From the NCBI GenBank assembly GCA_040954595.2, contig CM082576.2:7815129-7879128 (forward strand): a DNA stretch of 64,000 bases, read 5' to 3'. Of this stretch, positions 28,457 to 40,342 are shown piece after piece. The notes beneath the pieces are model-generated. The model was given only the letters and a program-made list of their open reading frames with translations. It was not told the DNA's origin and searched no databases. A program made the translations under genes and the position numbers. Source of the stretch: Balanoglossus misakiensis. Lineage: Eukaryota; Animalia; Hemichordata. How positions within the stretch are numbered: position 1 is the stretch's first letter; every line of letters starts with the position of its first letter.

Positions 28457-29480
28457 TTTTTTTTCTGATTGTAATTGAATAATAAGGTCTTCAATTGGTC
28501 TGAAAAAAAATCGTGTAGAGTATTTTATCTCATAAATGACATTTGAAGACTTGGGTTTAAAAAATTAATGCGGGAAATGTTCGTACCATAATTTTTCGAA
28601 ATTACCCAAATCTTGTGATCTTTTGACCTCTTTGACCTAAATTCAAAACAAAATTGCAACAAATACATATACAATCGCTAGAGTGCTAAAAAACACACAA
28701 TTTGAGAGGTAGATGACTTTTCTGGCTTTATTTTTGCCGGAGTTACAACTACTACCCCAATAACAGGGTCTGAAGTCTTGTGCCATTCTTCCGTATCTCT
28801 GTATTTGTGTTTTTCTGATCGTAATTGAATAATAGGGTTTTTTATTGGTTTGAAATAGATTCTGGGAGAGTATTTTATCTTCTAAATGACATTTAAAGAC
28901 TTAAGTTCAAAAAAAATCGTTCAAGAAATAGTCATAGTACAAATGTTCAGAATGACCCAAATTTCATGACCTTTTGACCTCTATTGACCTCAATTCAAAA
29001 CGAATTACCACCAAAATATATTATATTGGTAGAGTTCTAAAAAACACACAATTTGAGTGGTAGATGACTGTTCTGGGTTTATTTTTGCCGGAGTTACAAG
29101 AACTTAAGTTTCCCTTACCCTTAAATCTGAGTGGAAAATTGGATGTCTTTCTGTCGTTTCTCTTTATTTGTGTTTTTCTGGTCATAAATGAATAATAAGG
29201 TTTTCTATTGATTTGAAATAGATTCTGGGAGAGTATTTTATCTTGTAAATGACATTTGAAGACTTAAGTTCAAAAAAATCGTTCAAGAAATAGTCATACT
29301 ACAAATTTTCAGAATGACCCAAATTTCATGACCTTTTGACCTCTATTGACCTCAATTCAAAACGAATTACCACCAAAATATATTATATTGGTAGAGTTCT
29401 AAAAACACACAATTTGAGTGGTAAATGACTGTTCTGGCTTTAGTTTTGCTGGAGTTACAGCAATTTAAAGTTCCCCTACC
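28457..29480 (-). repeat. Subterminal tandem repeats of about 362 bp in the right arm (3 copies)
   Basis: The reverse-complement anchor GGAGTTAC occurs near 28739, 29090 and 29451. Confidence 0.88.
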
Positions 29481-32400
29481 CCCAAAATTTGGGTCGGAAA
29501 TTTTTAGGTTCTTACATTAGTTTTTGAGGGAAAAAATGCAGAAAGCTACTCGATAGGTAGGGCTATCACCCCAATTTATAATCTAGAGATGTAGGCCTTT
29601 CCAAAAAACCATGTGAGGCTTTGTCCATCTTTCTGATACCAAATTCCTGTCTGGCCCATGGACTATGTCCCAAAAACCACAGTCTCTGTCCATCACGGAG
29701 AGGACACAAACATAAATGTCGAGAATGTATCCATTTAAAAGAACTGAAACCGAGAAATCACGGCATTGACACCCTGGAACGGAATTTTCGTGATGGGGCA
29801 CTTCCTCATTCGTCTCTTTAACGCCAATAGAAATGGCAGATACCGAAACAGTCACGTGTTTTCACAACAGGTGTAACAGAGGAAGCTGTAGGTTATATGC
29901 CGGTGTCGGTGAAAAAATAAATGCGTTCGCAAACGCTTGTTAGCCCTATTTCACTTTATCTAATGTTTTCAACCAGTGTACTACTTGAATTTGTGAATAC
30001 ACACCCACTGCGTGATCTGGGACGGTATTTCGTGGTGAAAGCATCATCATAGTTGAGTCTAAGTTTGCGCACTGGGGCAGCGGAACGTGATCCACCTCAC
30101 TCTCGGAGTTCAAGGACGATTCCCCTGAATCCGATCGCGCACATCCCTAGCTTACAAAGTTTCACACGATCGACTGTCAATATTTTGAACAAAGCGCAGG
30201 AAAGCTGTGACAGATTGTAGTGACATCTTCAATTGGTCTTGTCACTCCGTTTGTTGTTTGTCTGTATGTCTGTTGTAACCCACTTTTCATTTGTGATCTG
30301 CGATATGTTGATTTATTGCAGTGACGAGGAGCAACATGAAAATCCATCGAGTACCGTACTGGGATTAGGCCTACTATAGAGCAATAGATCAATCTTCCTA
30401 ACTTCGTTCTATTCAAACATTGTCTCCCATTCCTTGTTGACTTTATTCGCCGAGTGGCGTGCCACGTGGCATCTGGCGTCATTCTTCACTACTTGAATCA
30501 AAATTAAACATTATTCCTTAAGTTCACGCCCAAAGTTAATCATCATGGCCAGGTTGACAGTCTCTTTATCCTACATCATTATGATTGTGTGAATCTATAC
30601 TAAGCTTGATGTATGAATCGATCGATCGATCGATAAATCAATCAATCAAATGAGGTTAAGAATCATACACGCCAACCTTTTTGTCTAAAGTGGGTCACAT
30701 GCGCGTGATTTTTTGATGATTCACTGTTTGTGGCAAAACTCCTAGATGCGTGGTTGGGGTTCCCCCCGTCAACAACGCAAGGACGGTTCTGGCACGTGTT
30801 CTTTACGTACGCGTCGGGTTCCCCCGGAACCCGATGGATCGCGCAGGATTCCCCCCGGAACCAAGCCTAATTCTCGTTCGCTTTGTTAGCATAATATGAA
30901 GTTCAGTGTCCCGAGAAGGCATCCCAAAAATGGGATATCCATGAACATGGTACATTATTAAAGTAGAGCAAAAATCACAGTTTCCAAACCATCGTAAGCT
31001 TACCGAAACGAAAGCTCGAGTCGAACAGACCTGCTGCGCTCTTTCGCTTTGTTCAGAGCATGCGCGGGATGGGAATGGTGTATATGAACACTTCGGACTC
31101 AGACTATGTTATTAATTGAAAGCGGTGTCAAACCATGCACTGACAAGGGGATGTGAAAGAGTCTAGATTACCCCCGGCACATTGACAGGCCGATAACGGT
31201 TCCTGGTAGCACTCACGAAATCCTTGAGAAATGCTTTCAAATTCCTGACTCTCAGAAAATCACCTGGTTATATCAACCGCAGTAATAGGTTGGTATTGAT
31301 TGTATACATGACGGCTATAGCTGTGAAACACATACGACACTGTACTCACTCATTCAAAGCAAAGTATTAATGAGGAAAAACAAAAACTTTTTATTTAAAA
31401 AAATACAAATATTCTTCAATGAAAGTAACAACATTAAGTACGAGTACAGATATTCAGCGTAAAAACCTACATTATATGCTATCTCAACTTGTTAATAAAC
31501 TAAACATATCACAATTCACTTATCATGCTTATAAAATGGCTGCTATCTTAACGCACGTCGTAGTTAAATCCCCGGATGCAAAGCCTAAACCAATCAGCTT
31601 CTTTGCAGTACTTTGCCTGGCTGCGTGAAAACGAAAGCAGCCGCCACAATGACCTTTTCCCAAGACATTCACTTCAGGGAATGTCCTTGGACGAGGACGG
31701 GAAACCCGAAAGTCTTTTCCCACTTCCACATTTGCTTTGGTGTGAAGTGCGCTCCCCTGTCGTGTGTGACCACTTCTCCAAATGCCAAGAAGGTACATTT
31801 TCTCATGCAAGGTGAAAGCGTCTTACCACGTAGTTCACACCATTTACAACGGGGAATGTCAGTTTTCGGATTGCTTGTAAATTCATGATATCATTCCACT
31901 TCAATGCTGGTAATGCTAACATGCTTGCCTGGAAATTGCTACAGTAGGAATTACTACGAAATCAAACTAAAGGAAGACAGACGACTTGGCAAATTTAACA
32001 CAATTCGACCGTTTTTTTTTCTAACAACGTAAGGCTAATGACCGTCACTTGGAATGTTTATGAGTACGCTAACTATCATGGGAAAGGCTTGTATTAAGTA
32101 ACTTGTTTAATATGGCTTTTAGAAATTCCAATGAAGAGTTTTCCTTCTTTTGACGATGAGGTGTTTTTCCTCGGTTTTGTTTTACTTTTTGTTATGAACG
32201 ATACAAAAGAATACGCATTTAAAAAGTACAAATTTGAAAATCTGCTTTTCCTGAACACGATGTACGTATCACGCATATCATAAAGCCACAAAAGGGCACT
32301 GTGAATGCTCTAAAGACTATGTCAAAACCCTGAAGTTGCCTGAGTAAAAATGCCACACAGAAGAAAATATCCCATGCTTTGTTGTATCATCCTAGACCAT

Positions 32401-32664
32401 GCTGGATGTCGTCGCTATGTAAATGTCATCAAATGTTCGCGTAATGCTCCAGCGCAGTGGCCCTGTGCTGTCATTCGCCAATCGATACCCGGTACACCTG
32501 GCGAGAGTATCAATCAGACGAGAGGAGATGGAGGGTTCAGTGACCCCGGCTGAACTACAACTTCTCCCGGAGTATGCACAGAAATATCATTAAAGCCGAC
32601 GCGAAAGCCGCAGGAAATGTCCGAATATCATGATGCAAAGTCTCGGCGTTAGCAAGCGAGTATT

Positions 32665-32814
32665 TTAAGAGTCTCTGTGGTCCTGGATTGCGTTCCTTCT
32701 TGTACACTGTATGAGATGAGCATTGAGCATAAATGTCAGCTCTTCTTTTTCTCTGTTCAATTGTTCCAGCTGTTCCAAAAGATACTCGTTCTGCGCTTGA
32801 AGTTTATGAGTTTC
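32665..32814 (-). CDS. bZIP gene 2 (ATF3/JDP2-like, about 177 aa), exon 3 (leucine zipper)
   Basis: Branch point GACTAAC near 32845 and acceptor GGCAG|GAA. Reads ETHKLQAQNEYLLEQLEQLNREKEELTFMLNAHLIQCTRRNAIQDHRDS*, with HxxxC. Candidate AATAAA on the minus strand at 31390-31395. Confidence 0.92.
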   Translation of the reverse strand, partial: ETHKLQAQNEYLLEQLEQLNREKEELTFMLNAHLIQCTRRNAIQDHRDS

Positions 32815-32857
32815 CTGCCAAAGAATCCACACAAGCTCATGTTAGTCTATGTTTTGT

Positions 32858-32885
32858 TATGTATGGTATGGTATGGTATGGTATG

Positions 32886-32920
<35 letters not shown>

Positions 32921-33103
32921 ATGTTTGTATGTATGTATGTATGTATGTATGTATGTATGTATGTATGTATGTATGTATGTATGTATGTATGTATGTATGT
33001 ATGTATGTATGTATGTATGTATGTATGTATGTATGTATGTATGTATGTATGTATGTATGTATGTATGTATGTATGTATGTATGTATGTATGTATGTATGT
33101 ATG
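32858..33103. repeat. Compound microsatellite (GTATG)n(TCTG)n(TATG)n in intron 2 of gene 2
   Basis: Directly visible. It generates the spurious CMYV/HTYI ORFs. Confidence 0.97.
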
Positions 33104-34355
33104 AAAACGCCAGTTATCGATAATGTAAACAAATATACCATGCGACATCATTAAATTGTTTTATTACGTTTACAACTTGTGACATTTGTGTATATTATGT
33201 GGGTCATTTTCACTGGTGTGATTCAGCATTGGTCACAAAAATTCCTTTGGGTGACCGGGGCTTGCCCTTCAGCGAGTATACACATCTCTACGCAGGATTC
33301 CCCACGAAGCAAACGGACTTTCCGAGATAAACACGTCGTCCAAGATTGAGGTGAGAACAAATATTGCTACACTCCCTGTTGACGGTCAATACAGGCCAAA
33401 AAATGGGATTGTCTTGCATGTGATGCTAATTATGAACATTGAGAACGTTAACGGGAATCGCACGCCTTGATTTTCTTCGAATCTAAATAGAAAGGTTGTG
33501 TTTTTTTTCTATCTGAATCGAAAGAACTATCTGTAATTTGCGTGTCGTTTGCGCATGCGCCCGCAAGGAATTCCGCTGAACTCATTCTGTTATCTCCCGC
33601 TCACTCATTGTCAAAGTTAGTAGCATGTTGATTGTGATCTGTCGATTGCACAAACAGTGAATATACAAACTTTAAAGCTCAACGGGAATAACACAGTTTA
33701 ATTTAACGTGCGGCCTTGAGAGAGAATTAATATTAATCAGTTTGTTGAAACGCGGCGAAATTCTGCGAAGCTGAATTCCACGAAAGATATTCCGTATTTG
33801 GTAGGCGTGTGCACTGTGCGATTGTTATCGCGCGTTGTATTGTTGTACGTCGATTTATGACAGCCGATAGTTGCCCTTCGAGCTGAAGCCGTCTGCTCTA
33901 CGCTCGGGGCGGACTAGACTCTGATATGCCAAGTGCCCCGATATCCCTGTCCGTCGAGCAACACAGTGAACTTGCCCCCCCCCCTTTCTGTGTAGCCTTG
34001 TGTGTCTGTAGTATCGCGAAAATTCGACATCGAGTGCGGTTGTGGTACGGCTCTGATGTGCCGTGAAAAGTGGGTCACCTCGTTGATCATTTATATTTTC
34101 TATCACAAGCCGCTTAAAAGACAGTGGCAGGCAATTATATCATTGTCGTCTACTTGCAAGCAGACCCGACGCATACCGAACCATGGAACAAATGACGCAG
34201 AAGGTACCCGTCCGTCATTTTCTGAATAATAATAAAAACGACCGACAGACATTTTTGGTTTTCAGTTGACTGACCTCTCCCAGAACAATTTAATTCCGTG
34301 AAGGTCGCACTGCCAATAACATCATTGACCGATACGTTTAAGTTTGGTGCCTTAC

Positions 34356-34463
34356 CTTCTCTAGGGTCAGCATACGGTCTCTTTTTTTATTCCGACATTT
34401 GGTCGCCGCCATCCTGTTTCTGTCGCGCCTCTCTTTCCTCCTCTCTTCTTCCTCCGGCGACAA
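34356..34463 (-). CDS. bZIP gene 2, exon 2 (basic region)
   Basis: ATTTCAG|TTG ... AAG|GTAAG; 108 bp. Reads LSPEEEERRKERRDRNRMAATKCRNKKRDRMLTLEK. Confidence 0.94.
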
Positions 34464-34600
34464 CTGAAATTTGAGCGAAGCGATAAACCGGTTAAATAAC
34501 CTTGGGCTTGCTGCAGAAGCTCATTTCTCGTCATAATAATCTTTTTATAGGATAACCCACCTCGTCGTCTGGCTGCAGTTGATCAAATCTAGGAATTGTC

Positions 34601-34722
34601 GGCACGTGTTCTGAATGATGCCAAAACTCCATTTGATCCGCTGTGCTCTCGGTCTCACTTGCGCTTGGCACGTGTTCCTGACCAAACTCCATGTTTATCT
34701 GGCTGTTCTCTCACTTGCGCTT
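34601..34722. repeat. Imperfect two-copy tandem duplication (about 60 bp), each copy starting with an E-box
   Basis: GGCACGTGTTC...AAACTCCAT...TCTCACTTGCGCTT occurs at 34601 and 34667. Confidence 0.7.
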
Positions 34723-37266
34723 CGAAATGTGAATACCTCTTAGCGCTAATAGTTGTCTTTTATATTATAGCTTTAAACTGAAACTGTCTATGAATATGTG
34801 GGATGATACATATATAGTAATCGCCGACTTATTCAAAAGAGGCATTCCCCCGCGTAGACCAAATATAGAAAACTCGTCTCTAGTACCGCGCAGGCGCAGT
34901 CGACGACCGGAACTTACGTTCGACATTGATTGGGCAGAAGCATTGGCGATTACCTGGAACGCGGGTTATTCCTAAACAATATCGACAGGTTGTTGCCGTT
35001 CCGAGTAAAGTGCACGACGCGAGGTGGGCTTAAGAATTGGCGTGGAATCGTTTTGCTTGTGGGCACTGGAGCATATCACCTGACGAAAGCGTACCCACCC
35101 CACCCACCCGACGATTCTCCTCGCCGGAGGATACCACGCATATCACGCTCCCTGATTTATTTTTAAACTCAAATTGAGCCCCAATATCGACCACTTTGCA
35201 CATGCGCAATTGACTTTACCTAAGTGGTCGCGGACAAGTGTGTCGTCGAATCGCGACGTATCATAGTGCAATATGCCAGCTGAGCGCCTGAATTGGCAGT
35301 CGGGCGAAAACGAAAGAAATTTATAAAAACCTCTTCGATTGCAATCCGGGCCCTTAAAAGTGAATATATTTTAATGCAATAGTTTATCGTTATATCTTGT
35401 GCTTCATATAAGTTTCATTGTGCAAGGATAAACATGTTTTCAAAGCCCGTACCCATTATAACAGTTCACCATATTTCACCAGATATCTATGAATTGACCC
35501 ATGAATTGCACAGACGCCGAATTCATCACGAGTATATTTTAAAGTCACTGTACTGATCAGAAAAGTGGCGTCACTTCTCCGAATACTCTATCGCCGCAAG
35601 ATTAGACTATCAACTGAGATTATCCACTATCTGTGGTCGTTCACGATTGTGACTCCCCCATTCATATCATGCACAGTGCCATGCATTTCATACACTTTAC
35701 ATACTAGTATATTTCATATATTTCAATGACTGATAAGGGGGGAGGCGAGCAATCGGAAGCCTTTTGTTTAATAGAAATACATTAACTCTACAATCATGAC
35801 AATATCACGATGCAACGTGTGCCGAGAGTGAAGTGAAACTAAAGCGATTTTGACACAGCTGGTACTTGTTATTGCTACCTAAGTATTCGCGGTGTTGACA
35901 TTCGATGTCGATAAATAACAGTTGCTCACGAAATCGCCAAGAAATACCACGCTTTTGACAGCGGACGGTTACTGAGCTGACGGGGACACAGAGCACTACA
36001 GATGCAGCTTGGGAAGTATCAAGAAGCCAAAAATAGCCACTTGAAAGAAAATTTCAAGTGACAGAAAGTTTCCACATCAGAGTGGGCGCAATTTTAGAAG
36101 AATTTGAACCGCTGTACCTTAATGTAGTCCTCCCACGCACAGAAAACGGGCTTCCGGGGTGCCCTGGCGCGAAATTCGTTCTTCTTTTTTGCCAAGTGCC
36201 TGTCGTTCGTGCTATTGGTCGCGCAGCGCTCTGTTTTGTGATCCCGACCGCGGAGTGAGTCTAGTTAATATGTTCATGTGTATGACATCATCTGAACCAC
36301 AGTCGACGGCGAAATTCTGCGAAGGTCTTTGAATTCGCAGAACTTGCAAAAAGAACAGCCCTGCATGTAAACATCTCGTTCAAAATGGCGCATTAAAATT
36401 TGTTGAAGTTGCCTAGGTGTCACATATTACTAGATTACAGAGAAACGCTTGGGCCTGCGCATTGGTATTAAAGTGTGTTGTTTGGGAGTGGATGCAAACG
36501 ACACAAAAAAGTTGCCGCTCGTTTGCATTGTCCAATACCTACACAGAGATCACACAGTTTGTGTTTGTTCGCAGCTAGGCCTAGGGTGTGCCTCCATTTT
36601 AAGTGATGACCTGGTTTCTTTTTCGTGTTTTTTTTTAATATTTGCTAAAACTGCTGTCCGTATATACATGTATAGCTAATATTATTAAACCGCAACTTAA
36701 ATAAATAACACATGCTAAACAATTCCGTGTAGTTGAACGTACTTTCACCAATGCAATAATAAGCGGAGACCGCGCCTGGCGGCAAACTGCAAGCCGGTGA
36801 CAACAGACCTAGGATCGAATCGTACAGGGCGCTGACGGCAGCTAGCTTTCCGTAATATGCATATGGGACGGTCGATCTTAACCAAGCATCATGGGCAGCC
36901 ATTTCTTCGCTTCTTCGGTCGTTTTGCAAGTGGCTAAAAGTGTCCGATCGCATGCATGAGATTGATCCGTCGACGGATAGATCATTGATTTAAACTAATC
37001 GCGAGCTGTTTGTGTGTAGGGGTTGTTGAAGTGCGGGCATTTTTACCACCCGTTTGACATTTTTTGCCGGAAACTAGATTCGTGCATTAGTACAACAGCC
37101 ATGCGTCACCAGGGTTGTACTAAGCCCCTCGGAACCTCTGCTAAAAGTGCAGGCGCCCAGTTTACTGACACCAGCTGCAGTCGAGGCGCCGAAGCACTCG
37201 GCGACTCGGAAAATAACGGTCGGAACTACCTCGGAAAGAAAAAAAAGGCGTTACATATCGACTGAC

Positions 37267-37542
37267 CTTCTCCTGTTTCGCCGGCGTATGCTCAACCGTC
37301 AGTTCCGAAAGTCCCCGGGCGAGTCTCTTCGTCTGGATGGTGTACTTGATTTCTTCTTTTAAGACCGCTGTCAGCGAAGTCGAGTCTGCTTTGTCCCCCG
37401 TCTCGTCAAAGACCAACGTGTCACCTTCTTGGTAAATGTGCTCGGTCTGGCCGCTGTCGGCGTCGCACGTTCGAAGCAGAGCCATGGCCGCGCTGGGTTT
37501 CTCTTCTCCGCCGTCCTCGTACTCCGATACTCCCCTCGTCAT
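37267..37542 (-). CDS. bZIP gene 2, coding exon 1
   Basis: Acceptor GTTCAG|GAGC at 37552/1, ATG at 37542 and donor AAG|GTCAGT; 92 codons. LKEEIKYTIQTKR resembles the ATF3 pre-bZIP motif VKEELRFAIQNK. Confidence 0.88.
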
Positions 37543-37839
37543 GAGTGGCTCCTGAACGGGGAAAAAACACGAAAAATCTATGAGCGTACGTCGATTATTT
37601 TAGAATTAATATACACAAAACGCGTTACAAGAAATTCTACAACACTTGACAAATAAAAAACTTATGGTGGCTTGGATTTAGGCAGGGGTATATGTTTTTG
37701 AAAAGGAGTTGTAATTTCTTACGGTCAAAACAACGCTGCCGGTTTCTACAAAACGCACCATTGTGAACGAAATTAGCTATAAAATGTACAATTGAAAACG
37801 AAGTTATGACAGAATACTACGATAACGTTGTATTTTTAC

Positions 37840-38340
37840 CGTCAAACCGCTCTGTATTTCGATCGACCAATTTGAATTCAAAACACAAAAACTCTGTATT
37901 GTCAGAAGCACTGAAAGACATTTTGCCGACGACATGATCTTTTAAACCGTTCGGAGGGTTCCTCCAAAATCAGTTATTTTTGGCTGCTCTGTCGCATGCG
38001 TAAAGAACCTCGTTTGGGCCAGGACCAATAGGAATAAGGTTTTAATGAGACCGTCACGTGGAATTTCCATCATTGAATGGATAAGCGGTGGCTTATTAAA
38101 TCGGGCGACTACCAGTCGTCAGAATACGAAAGAAAAGTCAATAAAAAATACTTTAAAGAAAAAATATCACAATGACAAAATTATCATGGTTAATATACAA
38201 AAGGGAAAAGGAATTAATTTGGGCGATCGCCCCGCCCCTTTATGACGTTTTAGCCAATGAGCACCTCTCGATGCAACCATTCGGCGGTATGATGGGTTAA
38301 CCAATCAGTGACTGCAAATTTAGCAAGAAAAATGACGTCA
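37840..38340 (-). promoter_or_regulatory. Candidate promoter and non-coding first exon of gene 2
   Basis: On the minus strand: CRE at 38333-38340, CCAAT boxes near 38301, 38253 and 38025, CACGTG near 38055, TATA-like TTTAAAAG at 37946-37939, Inr TCAGT at 37914-37910 and donor ACG|GTAAAA at 37840/39. Confidence 0.5.
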
Positions 38341-40106
38341 TGGGCTATTCTTGGTCCGATGCTAAGCAGCTGCCAGGGGAAAATGCGCACATGACAAAAA
38401 ACTGCATAAAAGATACACACTAACATAATAATTCGCGGCGCTGATATTTGTAAACGGGAAAATACAGTAATCTGAGGGTATTCACGACAGTCACGTCAAT
38501 TGATCTTGAATTTTTTTCTGAGCGAAGGATTAAACAGAATAACGTGTCCAACAGAAGTATTTGATGCTTTCATTTTTATTCTTAACGCTGTTCAGGCACC
38601 CCAAGGTCGTTTTGACCTTCATGACAACATAATCTGACATATCTGACAATTTTGTGAACATTTTGTAATTACGAATACACATATCTTGCAATGACCCTAT
38701 TCTATGAGGCAAGTGAAGGAGACGAGTAAGACGTCATTATCATTCCGTTGTTTCAATCAGACGATCAAATTTCCTCGACCTATTTACGCACCAGAACAAT
38801 GCTTGACAGGATTCCAAAAACGAAACAAACACACAAAAGATAAATAACTTGGCTTTGGTTCAATGTACGACGTCATCAGAACATGGGAACAAGTAGTTAG
38901 TGATTACATAAGCGTCATCTTAAAAAATAACTGGATAACCAGCAATGATGTAATTTTTGGAAAACAGGACAAAATAATATAAAAATAGCCAAAATATTAT
39001 AACAATAGTGTCAGAATTTTGAGACTTTGTCCATAGCAACTCAACAAATGTTTGAATATAGTTCAGAGTCGCAGCTCGAGGGCCGACACGTTTTCCCATT
39101 AATGTCGCTGTGCAGCGCTGTTTATAATCAGAAAACTTGCTTGGTCACACTCACAAGATACGTCTTACACACATTCTTAGCTTCAAACTAAGCATCACGT
39201 GAACGCCATTAACAAAAGCTGATTCCTGGAAATAGGTTTAGGTGTCAATCGTCGTACGATGGCGCTCTACTCGGAATCGAAGCTATGTCTGGGTGTATGT
39301 ACAGGCGATGAAGCATGGCCTTTTATATTGCGAAAAAGATATTGTTTCTCCAGCGATTCAGGGGCTTATCTGCTTTTTAATGTATACTTAAATATTAGGC
39401 TAGAATGTTAAGTTTTAAAGAAAGTTACGATGAAAGTGTACTCCTGTTTCCGTAATACGACCAAGTTCCAACAGGAAGGCGCCCCCACACCGTAGATCTC
39501 TCCCACGCAATAATCACAAGACAAACGACATTTCGAAGAAAATTAAGTCGGAAAAAACACGTCGAATATGTGAGTGTCTCTTGCTTTTACTCATTACCTT
39601 TCAAAATGGTTTCGGATACTCAGTGCGGACCTCCGCGATCCCACACAAGTGGAATACTGGGGCTCTGATTGAAACGTTACTCATTTACAGGAGATCCGTG
39701 CTCATTCACACGTGTCGCCAGTGTTCCTGAATTCCGTACGTGGCTTTTTCTCCTGTGACGTTTCAAGAAGGTCCAGTCTTTAGATAAGCAACGACAATCC
39801 TCAGTTTGCACTTTTTTACCGGGTTATCCACGCGGCTAACTTTAATCGCGTGACGAATCGCATATGGTCGCCGCGATAAACTCTTCCTCCGCGCAGAAGG
39901 TTTCCGCGCATTAACTTCTGGAAACATTGAGTGTGAAACAGATGTCGCCCTGTTAATTTTATGGAAGAGTGAAACATATTGAATGTTTCAGAAAACGGCA
40001 CATGTTATAAAATTATGTTTTATTGTTTTGTGTGTACCCATGACACGCCATAGGCCGGAAAGGTGAAGCGGGATTGTTTTGTTATATTATTTGACGGTCA
40101 CATCTA

Positions 40107-40342
40107 AGCTTCGGGTCTTTATTCACCAACAAACATAACTGTCAATTGAGCTTTCCTACTAATGCAAACCTCGGGTCTGTTTTATTCATCAACGCCATGC
40201 ACTAAACTGCTGTCAGTTTAACTTTCCTACTACTACCAGCTTCGGGACTTTTTCATTCGCTAACAAACAGCACTGTAAACCAAACTTTCCTATATTCGAG
40301 TATTTTTACTCTCCAACAATTACTGCTGTAAGTTTAACTTTC
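40107..40342. repeat. Degenerate minisatellite of about 60-70 bp, about 4 copies
   Basis: Recurring TCGGGTCT..TTATTCA.CAAC...CTGT...A(A/G)CTTTCCTA. Confidence 0.6.

Larger units (their letters stand above)
24856..29665. mobile_element. Non-autonomous foldback-like DNA transposon, probably Academ superfamily
   Basis: Termini TAGTCCATGGGCCAG ... CTGGCCCATGGACTA, flanked by TGT on both sides (24853-24855, 29666-29668). Arms 24856-27107 and 27717-29665 are near-perfect reverse complements and carry transposase-like fragments. Confidence 0.85.

Noticed and set aside
31803-31928. Minus-strand acceptor TTTCCAG|GCA downstream of gene 2 as an alternative zipper exon
   Set aside because: The phase-0 translation ASMLALPALKWND does not align with the zipper. 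It is more likely 3'UTR sequence.
32677-33154. Overlapping long ORFs (CMYV/HTYI repeats)
   Set aside because: These are products of a stop-free tetranucleotide microsatellite.
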